From positions 2,336,001-2,400,000 of the forward strand of contig CBDCXM010000009.1 in the NCBI GenBank assembly GCA_965223855.1: a stretch of DNA of 64,000 nt, read 5' to 3'. Shown piece after piece: positions 9,066-18,633 of the stretch. The stretch's first letter is position 1. Each line of letters starts with the position of its first letter. Under the pieces are notes generated by a model. The model was not told where the DNA came from. It saw only the letters and a program-made list of their open reading frames with translations, and ran no database searches. This stretch comes from Candidatus Multivoradales bacterium. Its GTDB lineage: Bacteria; Acidobacteriota; Thermoanaerobaculia; Multivoradales; JAHEKO01. The position numbers were made by a program, and so were the translations under genes.

Positions 9066-10796
9066 ATGCGCTTGTTCTGTGGATGGCTCGTGCTGTCATC
9101 ACTGCTGTCGACGCCCGTCATGGGGGGCGTGGCAGCGCCGCCTTCGGTGTGTGACGAGGTCCTGCACATACTCGTCGACGAGGAGGGTGCCGCCCGGATG
9201 CCGGATTACGTCGCCGCCGACCGAGGGGTTGTGAAGCAGGAGCCAGTGGCGGGCTACCTGCTGAAGGAGCCGTCGACGGCTCGCTTCGAGCTCGAGGACG
9301 GCACCTCCTGCGAGGTCGCGCTGGTTGCGGTGGATCGGTCGCGGCCGCGGGTTCGGATCGAGGTGGACCCGGGCCCCTACGAGGTCGGGTGGGTGCCGGA
9401 GGTCGCGATGGAGGTCTCCGACAACTCGGGGGAAGAGGGTCTTCAGACGGTGCTGCGTCTCGATGGAGAGGTGGTTGCGAGCTTCGACGATCCGGAGCTC
9501 TACATGGCAGGAACCCGGTGCCTGGAGGTCGAGGCGACGGACGCGGCCGGCAACGTGGGGTTCGCGGGCCGCTGCTTCGAGGTGCGTGACGACGAGATCG
9601 CCCGTCTCGGTGCGGATCTCGTCGGATTCGAGTGCGCCAGGGGGAGCGACGGGGTGGCGTTCGGGGTGCAGATGGCGATCGGCGCACCCGGCTTCGATGC
9701 GCTCGCCATCGAGCCCACCTCGTTGACGCTTCATGGGTACGCCAACGGTCAGTCGGTGACCAACGATCTCATTCAGATCCACGGGCTTTGGGACGATGGG
9801 TCCGAGTCCTACGGCACTACCTGCGGGGGGTACGTCGACTTCCGGGGGAGCGGTGGTCAGCTCGAGCGGTGCCCCGACGCCGTCGCGGTGCGCGGATTCC
9901 TGGTCGGCGGGGGGCAGTTCGTGGCCGTCTCGAATACTGGGCCGCAGGACCTGCGGCCCGGTGGGGGTGAGGCTGTCGGCAGAGAGCAGTGCGGTCCGCC
10001 GCGTGGGCTGGAGCCGCCGCCACGGGAGCGCGTCGACCCCTGTGATTGCACCTGGCAGAGCAACGTCGAGCGCGGCTACGACAGCGACAACGAGAGGATT
10101 CCGACTCGAGTGTGCCCCTCGGGATCGCAGTTCGCTTCGGCAAACGCCTGGTCTCTCTTCGGAACTGCCAACGGCTTTGCCAACGCCGGAGATGCCTGTC
10201 ACGGTGTGGCCAGGAGCAGCGTCGCGGTGATTGCGCAGAGCAGCGCCGAGCACTGGGTGACCTGCACGAAGGGGCGCTGCAGTGCCTCCGAGTGCTGCAA
10301 GCCCACTACACAGTGCGAGGCGAGGCCGTACTTCAAGGTCGACGGCGAGTTCATTCCGAACGCTCGGTGTGTCGCCGGCGCCAACATGAGGATCTCCGGC
10401 TGTGTCGAGGCCCAGGCCGTCGGCGCAGGCTATGCGTCCGGTGAGGACGTGAAGACCTACAGCATCGGAGGGCAGGCGGGCTCGCAGTCCGGCGTCAGTG
10501 CCTCGGTCGAGATCACTCCGGCGAACCTCTCCTCGACCGGTAACGCGCTCGTCTTCAACGACGACAAGTCGGCTTCGAACGGGGCCTGCTTCCAGCGGCT
10601 GAGCTCGAGCACGGCGATCAATCTGTCGTCGTACGCCGACAATCGGATCCTCTCGGTCTTTGGAGTCGTCGATGATGCCTACTGCCGCATCAAGCTCGAG
10701 GACTCGAAGGTCGGCGCGCGGGCAAGGTCGTGGTGCACCGACGGGTCGACCGCGCACACGTCGCCGATTTCGGCTTACGTCACGACCATCCCCTGA
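9066..10796 (+). CDS. Secreted cysteine-rich protein with Ig-like segment
   Basis: RBS GAAAGGAG; signal peptide; Ig-like LEVEATDAAGNVG; many Cys in the C-terminal half. Confidence 0.75.
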   Translation: MRLFCGWLVLSSLLSTPVMGGVAAPPSVCDEVLHILVDEEGAARMPDYVAADRGVVKQEPVAGYLLKEPSTARFELEDGTSCEVALVAVDRSRPRVRIEVDPGPYEVGWVPEVAMEVSDNSGEEGLQTVLRLDGEVVASFDDPELYMAGTRCLEVEATDAAGNVGFAGRCFEVRDDEIARLGADLVGFECARGSDGVAFGVQMAIGAPGFDALAIEPTSLTLHGYANGQSVTNDLIQIHGLWDDGSESYGTTCGGYVDFRGSGGQLERCPDAVAVRGFLVGGGQFVAVSNTGPQDLRPGGGEAVGREQCGPPRGLEPPPRERVDPCDCTWQSNVERGYDSDNERIPTRVCPSGSQFASANAWSLFGTANGFANAGDACHGVARSSVAVIAQSSAEHWVTCTKGRCSASECCKPTTQCEARPYFKVDGEFIPNARCVAGANMRISGCVEAQAVGAGYASGEDVKTYSIGGQAGSQSGVSASVEITPANLSSTGNALVFNDDKSASNGACFQRLSSSTAINLSSYADNRILSVFGVVDDAYCRIKLEDSKVGARARSWCTDGSTAHTSPISAYVTTIP

Positions 10797-10804
10797 TCGG
10801 TGAG

Positions 10805-10855
10805 GAGTTAGGGGGCACCGCCTCTCCGAGTGGCGATTTGAGTATCCTGTCACCG
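10805..10855 (-). repeat. CGGTGACAGG-family repeat plus a degenerate tandem copy
   Basis: TGAGTATCCTGTCACCG at 10839-10855; degenerate direct copy GAGTTAGGGGGCACCG at 10805-10820, 35 bp earlier. Confidence 0.65.
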
Positions 10856-10868
10856 GGAAGCTGAGGAG

Positions 10869-11900
10869 ATGTCGGGAGGGATCTACATCCCAGCGTGGCT
10901 GGTCGCCGTGATCGTGCTCGCCGGGCTGGCGATCGTGGCTCTCGGCATCGTCGTCGCGCTGCTGGTGTGGTTCTTCGCCGCGCGTGAGGAGCGGATCCAC
11001 CGGTTCGAGCTCGATGCCGCTGACGGGCTGGTCGACCTTGGACCGATCCCGGTGACACTCGGGCCTCGAGACCCGGTCGGTGATGCCACCCGATACTTCC
11101 TCGCGAAGCGCGGGATGCCGGTGTTCGTGGTCCCCTTCGCCGACTACCTGAGGATCGGCTTCAAGGGTAGCGAGGCCGCTCGCGGGCGAATCGACGAGAA
11201 GCAGTTCGTCACGATCTCGCCGGTGTCCTGGTCGCTGGATCTGGCGCGCCGCCTCCAGTTCGAGAAGGTCAGTCCGGAGTCCGGCGTCGTGCCTTCCGGC
11301 ACGTTGACCGACTATGCGTCGATTCCCTCGCCGTTGCGCTGGTTGGTCGGGCAGCCGACCGGCCTGGTGGCTCGCGCGGCGATCGTGCACGACTTCGGCT
11401 ATCGCAGCGACGCCGCTGCCGAGCGTTCGACCGCGCGTCGCCGCGACTGGGACCGCACGATGCTCAAGCTGATGCGCCAGGACGGGGTCAGCCCCGCCCG
11501 CCGGATCCTCATCTATTGGGGGGTGCGGCTCGGGGGCGGCAGAGCCTATCGGGCCGGGTCGGATCGGCTTGGCGACACGGAGTATCAGGAGCTGCTCGAG
11601 TCCGTGGCGTCGCGGACAGAGGACTTTCTTCGCGAGCTGCCCGGGCTGTTCGATCTCGAAGGCCTGGCCGCGCTCGAGAAGGGCGATCTGAAGCCACGGC
11701 CGCAGAGGGTTGTCGTTGGATACAGGCCCCGACCGGGCTTCGAAAGGGTGATCGAGATGCAGGACGAACTGACCTATGGGACCCGTCATCCGACTGACGA
11801 GGACAGGCAAGCCAAGGCGGAGGAGCTCCGCGGCGGCCCGATGAAGCGGCTCTGGACCGCTACCGGGGCGCGGGTCGTGCGGGCGCTGCGCGGGTACTGA
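10869..11900 (+). CDS. DUF1353 domain protein with N-terminal TM anchor
   Basis: TLTDYASIPSPLRWL...RAAIVHDFGY...IYWGVRLGG DUF1353 signature; RBS GAGGAG. Confidence 0.8.
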   Translation: MSGGIYIPAWLVAVIVLAGLAIVALGIVVALLVWFFAAREERIHRFELDAADGLVDLGPIPVTLGPRDPVGDATRYFLAKRGMPVFVVPFADYLRIGFKGSEAARGRIDEKQFVTISPVSWSLDLARRLQFEKVSPESGVVPSGTLTDYASIPSPLRWLVGQPTGLVARAAIVHDFGYRSDAAAERSTARRRDWDRTMLKLMRQDGVSPARRILIYWGVRLGGGRAYRAGSDRLGDTEYQELLESVASRTEDFLRELPGLFDLEGLAALEKGDLKPRPQRVVVGYRPRPGFERVIEMQDELTYGTRHPTDEDRQAKAEELRGGPMKRLWTATGARVVRALRGY

Positions 11901-11930
11901 AGTCCTTCTCTGCGCCACGATTCGGAAGAG

Positions 11931-11985
11931 TGGTGACAGGCCACTCATCGGCCGCCGAGTCCGTAACCGGCCTGTCACGGCCTCC
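11931..11985. repeat. Degenerate REPIN-like inverted pair of the same family
   Basis: GTGACAGGCC (11933-11942) and GGCCTGTCAC (11969-11978) inverted; intergenic. Confidence 0.6.
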
Positions 11986-12032
11986 TTCCTACCCTCCACT
12001 CACAACGCCGAAGTGGAGTGGAGGAGCACGCC

Positions 12033-13541
12033 ATGAACCCGACGCCCAGGATCGCACTTGTCGCAGTCAGCCTAGCCTTCGTTCTCGAGGCCGCTGCCGC
12101 GGCGCAACCCCAGATCACGAACCTCAACGCAACTTCGCTCCCGCGAAGCGGACGTCTCGCCATCACCGGCAGCGGCTTCGGGACGGACGGTCAGGTGCTG
12201 GTGGGCGGGCTTCCGGCCTGGGTTTCGACCTGGCTGCCCGGGCGGATCGTCGCCTACGTGCCCGAAGCGCTCGACGTCGGCGACGCGCTCGTCGTCGTCG
12301 AAGTGGACAGCCAGCAGAGCAACTCGATGACGCTCGACGTCACGACCCGGGAGAGCGACGGGCGCCTGCGCTGGACCTTCGAGATCGACTCGGAGTCGCT
12401 CTACTACCGGCCCGCCGAGGCGCCGGACGGGACGCTCTACGTTCACGGCCGGAGCCTCGAAGGGGGCGGCACCGGTCGGGTCTATGCGATCGCGCCGGAC
12501 GGCGCTCTCAAGTGGATCGTTGATGTCGATTCCCACGCCGGAGCGCCACCCGCGGCCGGCCCCGACAACGAGGTCTACGTCGGCACGTTCAGCAAGCTCT
12601 ACCGGATCTCCTCCGCCGGGGACATCGACTGGGTGTTCCAGGGAGATGTCATCCGATCGGGAGCCGCCGTCTCTCCGGAGGGGGTGGTGTACGCCGGGTT
12701 CGAGCATCCGCCCGAGGCCGTCGCCCTCGACGCCGTCACCGGCGATGTGATCTGGACGCTCTCACCCGGTCTCAGCGCCTTCGGCACCGGCGGGAACGAG
12801 ACCCGACTCGGCCGGACCGCGCCGGGCGGCCCCATCGACCGGATCTACTTCTGGTGGGACGCGCTGGCCGCCTTCAGCACTGACGGCGACCATCTGTTCA
12901 CGACTGCCGCCGGCAATATCTACGACCACGAAGTGGGCATCGGCTCGGACGGCACGCTCTACTCGCCGGCGAACTTCGAGAGCGACCTGGTGGCGCTGAG
13001 CCCTTGGAACGGCAGCGTCATGTGGCTCGCGGACAGTCCGTGGCTGGCCGGTACCTCGGACGTCGAGGTCGGGCCGGACGACACGCTCTACTTCGTCAGC
13101 GACGGGCGCTGGATCGACGCGTTCGATCCGGATACCCAGAGCACCATCTGGCGCCACGACATGTTTCACTGGCTGCGCCGGCCGTCGCTGAGCCCGGACG
13201 GGAGCCTCCTGCTGGCCGCCGGTGGAGGCGGTTGCTCCGCCCAGCAGGGCTGCGTCGCCGCCTTCGTCAAGGCGTTCGAGACCGAGGGTGGCTCAGAGCT
13301 CTGGCAGCTGGACTTCGACGAGTGGGATCCGACCTGCTTCAGCATCCCGTGGGACCACGCCCGAGTGTCGGCCGACAGTCAGACCGCACACCTCATCGCC
13401 ATGGTCGGGGGCACCTGCGATCAGAACGACCAGCGGAGCCTCGTCTGGTCGGTCGACCTGGCCGACCCGCTCGGGCCGGACGTGTTCAGCGACGGGTTCG
13501 AGAGTGGGGACACCTCGGCCTGGTCGCAGACCGTGCAGTAG
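12033..13541 (+). CDS. Secreted IPT/TIG + PQQ-like beta-propeller protein with C-terminal FSDGFESGDTSAWS tail
   Basis: RBS GGAGGAG; signal peptide; ITGSGFG IPT motif; repeated P.vgpDGTlY...W blades; ends DVFSDGFESGDTSAWSQTVQ. Confidence 0.8.
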   Translation: MNPTPRIALVAVSLAFVLEAAAAAQPQITNLNATSLPRSGRLAITGSGFGTDGQVLVGGLPAWVSTWLPGRIVAYVPEALDVGDALVVVEVDSQQSNSMTLDVTTRESDGRLRWTFEIDSESLYYRPAEAPDGTLYVHGRSLEGGGTGRVYAIAPDGALKWIVDVDSHAGAPPAAGPDNEVYVGTFSKLYRISSAGDIDWVFQGDVIRSGAAVSPEGVVYAGFEHPPEAVALDAVTGDVIWTLSPGLSAFGTGGNETRLGRTAPGGPIDRIYFWWDALAAFSTDGDHLFTTAAGNIYDHEVGIGSDGTLYSPANFESDLVALSPWNGSVMWLADSPWLAGTSDVEVGPDDTLYFVSDGRWIDAFDPDTQSTIWRHDMFHWLRRPSLSPDGSLLLAAGGGGCSAQQGCVAAFVKAFETEGGSELWQLDFDEWDPTCFSIPWDHARVSADSQTAHLIAMVGGTCDQNDQRSLVWSVDLADPLGPDVFSDGFESGDTSAWSQTVQ

Positions 13542-13612
13542 GTCTCGGAATCGGGGTGCTCCTCTAGAGATGCACCCCGGAGGTGCGACGCGAAACCTGA
13601 GAAGGCCGGCTC

Positions 13613-14908
13613 TCAGCCCAGCCCGCTTTGCAGTACCCCGTGCATCGCCTCGACAAACCGATCGACCTCATCCAACGTCGAGTACACGCTAGGCGACACC
13701 CGAATCCCCTCGAACTCGTCATGCTCGATGCCGACGGTGAAGATGCGGTGACGCTCCCATAGGAAGTCGGCGAGAGCCTTCGTGTCAACGCCTTCGACCT
13801 GCACGGTGGCGATCCCGCAGGCGAACCCCGGTTCGAGACTGGTATGCAGCCGGACGCGGTCGTGCGTGAGGAGTTCCCTGGCCCACCGATCCCGCAGGTA
13901 GATCATCCGCTGCTCCTTGGCTTTGGCGCCGAGGCCGCGATGGAAGGCGAGCGCCTCGGCAATCGCCAGATAGTTGGCGGCGGGGTGGGTGCCAATTTCC
14001 TCGAACTTGCGGATGTCGGCTTCCATCTTCTCGGGCGCCGCGGTCAGCGGCCAGAGGTCGGCGATGCGGTCCTTGCGCACGTAGAGCATGCCGGTGCCGT
14101 GCGGGGCGAAGAGCCACTTGTGAAGGCTCGTCGCGTAGTAGTCGCAGTCGAGGTCGGCGTGGTCGAAGTCGAAGTGGGCGAACGCGTGCGCGCCGTCGAC
14201 GATCACCGGGATGTCGCGCTCCCTGGCCATGGCGACGACCTCTTTCACCGGCAGGATCTGGCCGGTGAGGTTGATCATGTGGCACATCAGGATGAGCCGG
14301 GTGCGCTCGGTGATGTGCGCCTCGAAGAGCCTCACGATCTCGGCCGGGTCCTCGGCCGGGATGGGAATCTTGAACTGGCGCAGGACGATCCCCTCGCGTC
14401 GTTCGCGCTGCTTGAAGGTGGTCACCATGCGGCCGTAGTCCTGGGTGGTGGTCAGCACTTCGTCGCCCGCCTCGAGGTCGAAGCCGAGCTGGCAGATCTG
14501 GAGGCCCTCGGAGGCGTTGCGGGTGAGCGCGATCTCTTCGGCGTCGCAGCCGAAGGCGCGCGCCAGGCTCGCGCGCACCGGCTCTCGCTGCGGCTCGAGG
14601 ATGCGCCACATCGTGTAGGGCGGCGCGGTGTTGGAGTAGTCGAGGTGGCGCTTCATCGCCTCTTGCACCACCGCCGGAGACGGGCTGACGCCGCCGTTGT
14701 TGAAGTTGATGATCGAGCGGTCGACGGTGAACGCCTGCTGTGCCTCGAACCAGAAGGACTCGTCGCGGGCGAGGTCGGCAGGGTGCTCGCTCGCGCCGGC
14801 GAGATCGTTGAGCACGGCATGGGCGCGCTCGGGGTCGAGGGTGGCTGCGGCGGCTGCCGCACCGACGGGCGCTGCGATACGAGTCAGGAAGCTTCGGCGA
14901 TCGAGCAT
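13613..14908 (-). CDS. Class V PLP-dependent aminotransferase (isopenicillin N epimerase-like) with Tat signal
   Basis: MLDRRSFL twin-arginine; VDGAH; PLP lysine SLHKWL; IRVSP; TACAAT -10 and GAGGAGG RBS upstream. Confidence 0.9.
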   Translation of the reverse strand: MLDRRSFLTRIAAPVGAAAAAATLDPERAHAVLNDLAGASEHPADLARDESFWFEAQQAFTVDRSIINFNNGGVSPSPAVVQEAMKRHLDYSNTAPPYTMWRILEPQREPVRASLARAFGCDAEEIALTRNASEGLQICQLGFDLEAGDEVLTTTQDYGRMVTTFKQRERREGIVLRQFKIPIPAEDPAEIVRLFEAHITERTRLILMCHMINLTGQILPVKEVVAMARERDIPVIVDGAHAFAHFDFDHADLDCDYYATSLHKWLFAPHGTGMLYVRKDRIADLWPLTAAPEKMEADIRKFEEIGTHPAANYLAIAEALAFHRGLGAKAKEQRMIYLRDRWARELLTHDRVRLHTSLEPGFACGIATVQVEGVDTKALADFLWERHRIFTVGIEHDEFEGIRVSPSVYSTLDEVDRFVEAMHGVLQSGLG

Positions 14909-14996
14909 GGGCTCCTCCTCGGGGGTGACGGGGTGAGGAGGATTGTACGGCAGGCCTCTGGGGCCAGGTGCTGCAGAGTAGTGGCGCGCGAATGAT

Positions 14997-15536
14997 CTAG
15001 GTGCAAGGTCCGAGAAATGCGATCAACGAACCAGCGACACCTTCCCGTCGCAGGCATTGGGGATAAGCGGACTCGCCGAACTCGTCGAACGCTTCAGGGC
15101 AGGGCACAACAAAGAGCGGGGGGAGATCCGGTTGCTGCGACTCCGAGAGGCGGCCGTCTGGCGACACCCAGATGGCCTCGTCGGCCATGGAGCTCGGAGA
15201 GAGGATCAACTGCTCGCCGCTGATACCGAGAGGGTGAGTGTCAATGGGCACGGGCCAGCTGCGAACGACTCGCCCAGCCTCGTCGATCTGATAAGCCCAT
15301 TCGTGCTCCAGCCAGTCGAGACCGAGGGGAACGGCCGGAACCGACAGGGTGATCGTGGCTCCACAAGGATGGTCGGGGTGGGCCTCGACCTCCGGAGGAG
15401 GCTGGGACTCGCCCGCCCAGAAGGTCACTGTCACCACTTCCGGCTCCACCACCTCCGGCTCCGGCGACGTGCAACCGAGAAGGGCGAGGGCCAGCAGACA
15501 AGGACCCGGCGAGCTCCGGAACGCCTCCAGTTTCAA
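14997..15536 (-). CDS. Hypothetical lipoprotein
   Basis: Lipobox LALLGC; overlaps the stop of the upstream DUF4199 gene. Confidence 0.6.
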   Translation of the reverse strand: MKLEAFRSSPGPCLLALALLGCTSPEPEVVEPEVVTVTFWAGESQPPPEVEAHPDHPCGATITLSVPAVPLGLDWLEHEWAYQIDEAGRVVRSWPVPIDTHPLGISGEQLILSPSSMADEAIWVSPDGRLSESQQPDLPPLFVVPCPEAFDEFGESAYPQCLRREGVAGSLIAFLGPCT

Positions 15537-16063
15537 GCCGTCCTGGCCGGCAGGAACCTGCTATTCCGCAGCAGCGCCGCCGAGATCAGCGAGACCACCA
15601 GCCCGAACGGGATAATCTCGAGAGAGGTCATGAAGACTCGCATCAGTGGGTTGGCGGTGCGCTCCTTCATCGTCTCCATCTGCGTCACGATCGCCTCGAG
15701 CTCCGCACCAGTGACCCCCGCGGCCTCCTGGCTCTCGATGTAGCTCGCCACGAAGTCGTCGATGAAGGTGTAGCCGGTCGAGGCGAGGAAGATCTCCCAG
15801 ACGACGACGTAGGCGACGCCTGCCATCAGGCTCATCCACAGCCCCACCACGAACGCCTGGCCGAAGCGGATCACTCCGCCCAGCTCACTGTCGCGGTAGC
15901 GCTTGATCCCGAAGAAGAGGATGCTGAGGACGACCAGCATGATGAGGAAGCCCCAAGCGCCGCTGACGTGCCCTTCGCGGATCGCGAGCAGCGACCCGAG
16001 GATGAAGACGGCGGCGCACAGCGCTCCTGTGATGGCGCCGAAGACGAGGATGATTCTCTGCAT
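15533..16063 (-). CDS. DUF4199 family membrane protein
   Basis: 4 TM; FFGIKRYRDSELGGVIRFGQAF..GL motif; RBS AAGGAGG; next to a TM-LuxR gene. Confidence 0.85.
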   Translation of the reverse strand: MQRIILVFGAITGALCAAVFILGSLLAIREGHVSGAWGFLIMLVVLSILFFGIKRYRDSELGGVIRFGQAFVVGLWMSLMAGVAYVVVWEIFLASTGYTFIDDFVASYIESQEAAGVTGAELEAIVTQMETMKERTANPLMRVFMTSLEIIPFGLVVSLISAALLRNSRFLPARTA

Positions 16064-16114
16064 GTCCTACCTCCTTTTCTGGAGCGGATTGTAGGGACGG
16101 AGGCGACCCTGTAC

Positions 16115-16158
16115 ATCGCCCGAACGGGTGATTTCGGGAAACTCGCCCGTTTGGACCA
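16115..16158. promoter_or_regulatory. Probable LuxR/NarL-type operator pair upstream of the DUF4199 gene
   Basis: Palindrome ATCGCCCG-AA-CGGGTGAT (16115-16132) and a second half-degenerate copy TCGCCCGTTTGGACCA (16143-16158), upstream of a TACAAT -10 on the minus strand. Confidence 0.55.
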
Positions 16159-16164
16159 AGGCTC

Positions 16165-16584
16165 TCAGGGCAGGATCTGCAGCAAACGCGCCTTCTGCAC
16201 GGCCTGAGTCCGCCTGGAGACGTCGAGCTTGCCGTAGAGATGCCCGACGTGAGTCTTGACCGTGTGCGGCGAGACGTGGAGCAGTTCGGCGATCTCCTTG
16301 TTCGAGTGCCCGCCCGCCAGGAGCTCGAGCACCTCGAGTTGTCGATCGCTGATGCCGAGCGACTGGATCGCCTCCTGGTTGAGCTCGAAGTTGCCGGCCG
16401 ATCGGCGAGGCGTGAGCCGGAAGCCGATCCAGACGCCGAGGGCGGTGAAGCCGACGGCGAGGATCGTGATGTAGGCCTCGGTCGACAGCGCGCGGATGAG
16501 GTGGCGGTACTCGAGCCAGCGTAGGGCCAGAGCCGCCAGGACCAGTGTCGCGGCGTAGGCGATGAGGATGCGGGCCTTGCTCAC
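16165..16584 (-). CDS. LuxR-family transcriptional regulator with 2 N-terminal TM helices
   Basis: ISDRQLEVLELLAGGHSNKEIAELLHVSPHTVKTHVGHLYGKLDVSRRTQAV. Confidence 0.9.
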   Translation of the reverse strand: MSKARILIAYAATLVLAALALRWLEYRHLIRALSTEAYITILAVGFTALGVWIGFRLTPRRSAGNFELNQEAIQSLGISDRQLEVLELLAGGHSNKEIAELLHVSPHTVKTHVGHLYGKLDVSRRTQAVQKARLLQILP

Positions 16585-16635
16585 AACGTGCCGTCGATTC
16601 TATCGATGGCCCCGGTCCAGGCTCCGGTGCGGGGC

Positions 16636-17646
16636 CTACTGAGCCGGCTCGACCGGGGGCTCGATGCCCAACGATGGATGGTAGAGCGAGAGCACCTCGC
16701 GCATCCGCCGCCGCTGGCGGCGCGTGAACTCTTCGAGACAGGCGTCGTCGCTGTAGTCCATGAAGTTGGTCACCGGGTCGGGCTCATCGTCTTCCAGGCA
16801 GGTGTCGCGGCCGATCGGGCAGCCGTAGGCGGGCTCGGCCTCCGGGGGAGTGTCGAAAACCTCGTCTCCCGGTGCTTCACAGCCGCCTTCGAACGTGTGG
16901 AAGAGGCCCAAGGCGTGGCCGATCTCGTGGACGGCGGTGTGCCCGAGGTCGAAGGGAGCCGCCCGACCGCCGGGGAGGGTCCGGTAGTCGAGGACGATGC
17001 CGTAGAGCGGGCTGTCCTCCGGGTACCACCACGGGTACATGGCGTAGCCGAGCGTACCGCCGTCGGGGTTGCAGGTGTAGACGTTGAGAGTGGTCGTGGG
17101 ATCGACGGCCAGGCGCTCGGTCATGCGGACGAACTTCGGTTTCAGCGCTCCGTTGCGCTTGAACGCGTAGCAGCGGTGAAACCAGTGGGGGCGATCGGTT
17201 CGATCAATGCCGGCCAGGGTGAACTGGATGCGCGAGTTGCGGAACGACCGGTTGAGGATGGCGACCTGCTCCTCGATCGCGGCGTCCGAGACGAAGCCGC
17301 GCCCTGCTGCATGGACGACGTGAAACGCCAGGGGAACGATGCGCCGCTGGTGCCGGGGGCCTGGCGCCAGCGCTCGGGCGAGCTCGAGGCTCTCGTCGAC
17401 GAGCCGGCGGAGCTCCGGCGTGCCCTGAGGTGTGGCGCATCGACGTGCCGGCCTGACGAGGCCGGGGCTCACCTCGACCGAGACGTCGGGCGGACCGAAG
17501 ACGGTGCTGCTCTCGAGCCAGTCGCGATGCCAGCCGTCTGACGGCGGATTGGCCCCCTCGTCGGCGACGGTGGGAGCGGCTGCCAGACAGAGCGACAGCG
17601 CTACCAGAAACCGGAGGGATCCGGCGGGGCGGGAACGGGGTTGCAT
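16636..17646 (-). CDS. Secreted zinc metalloprotease, M43 (pappalysin/ulilysin-like)
   Basis: HEIGHALGLFHTF zinc motif, Met-turn NFMDYSDD, DEVFDTP, signal peptide. Confidence 0.9.
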   Translation of the reverse strand: MQPRSRPAGSLRFLVALSLCLAAAPTVADEGANPPSDGWHRDWLESSTVFGPPDVSVEVSPGLVRPARRCATPQGTPELRRLVDESLELARALAPGPRHQRRIVPLAFHVVHAAGRGFVSDAAIEEQVAILNRSFRNSRIQFTLAGIDRTDRPHWFHRCYAFKRNGALKPKFVRMTERLAVDPTTTLNVYTCNPDGGTLGYAMYPWWYPEDSPLYGIVLDYRTLPGGRAAPFDLGHTAVHEIGHALGLFHTFEGGCEAPGDEVFDTPPEAEPAYGCPIGRDTCLEDDEPDPVTNFMDYSDDACLEEFTRRQRRRMREVLSLYHPSLGIEPPVEPAQ

Positions 17647-17689
17647 CGGGTGCGCCCGAGGGCGCTCGGTCGGGTCAGTCCACGCCGGA

Positions 17690-18331
17690 TCAGTCGACGC
17701 CGAACTCGGTCAGCTCCACCGGGATCTCGCAGGTCAGGCCGAGGTCGAAGGGGCCCACCGCGCCGTTGAATCCCTGGACCAGAACCAGGTACTCCTGACC
17801 GTCGGCGCTGACCCAGGTCACGGTCGATCCGCGGTTGAGGGTCGAGCCGGTCGACGAGATGACGCAGTCCGGATGGGGATTGGTGCCGTCCGGGCTGCCG
17901 TCGTCGTTGCCACCGATGCAGTCGTCGTCCAGGGCGCCGCAGTCGGAGGTGAAGACGTTGAGCTTGGTGTCGTAGTCGGTGTTGCCGCCGGTGTCGACCG
18001 AGAAGCAGGTGGTGACCTGCATCTCGCCGCCGTTCCCCTGGATGGAGTACCAGACTCCGGGGGCGGTGATCGAGGTTCCGCAGGTGGGGGGCGCCGGCAC
18101 CTCGTCGGTCGCCGCCGAAGTGCTTCCGGTGAGGATGTCGCCACAGCCGAGCGTGATCGGCGCCGAGCAGTCGTCGTTGGCGGGCGGACCGAGTTGCAGG
18201 ATCTCGCGGACGGGGCGGGTCCTTTCGGTGACGCCTCCGAGTTTGATTTCGTCCTGCGCAGTCGCGGCTGCTGCGAACGCGGCGATCAGAAGAGTCGCCA
18301 ACGCCAGATGCCGAAGATGGATGGTCTTCAT
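17690..18331 (-). CDS. Secreted PPC/CUB-like domain protein ending in PVELTEFGVD
   Basis: Start MKTIHL with signal peptide; PPANDDC..VWY..DYDTKL..GNDD; C-terminal IPVELTEFGVD. Confidence 0.75.
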   Translation of the reverse strand: MKTIHLRHLALATLLIAAFAAAATAQDEIKLGGVTERTRPVREILQLGPPANDDCSAPITLGCGDILTGSTSAATDEVPAPPTCGTSITAPGVWYSIQGNGGEMQVTTCFSVDTGGNTDYDTKLNVFTSDCGALDDDCIGGNDDGSPDGTNPHPDCVISSTGSTLNRGSTVTWVSADGQEYLVLVQGFNGAVGPFDLGLTCEIPVELTEFGVD

Positions 18332-18633
18332 GCTGTCTCCCCTCGAAGCGAGTCGTTGGGTCTGATGGGCGGGATGTGAAGGGAATTTATCATGCGCTCG
18401 AGTGCGCGCTCCCGGCTCGGCACTCCCCTGCGACGTGTGAAGCACGACAAGCGACCCGCGTCGTTGTTTTGCCTCGACATTGGTAGGAATCATGAGACTG
18501 ATTTGACGTTGCTGCCTGGACGAGGTCGGGACGTGCGGTTGGCGGTGTGGCTCAGGCCCGGGCCCCGGAACCGACAGCGGTCCTGGTTGCGGTCCACAAA
18601 CCTCCTGGGAGATCAGAGGCCGATACCCGAGGC

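Noticed and set aside
9099-11999. 966-aa minus-strand ORF
   Set aside because: Antisense shadow of two plus-strand genes with RBSs; no motifs, typical of high-GC DNA
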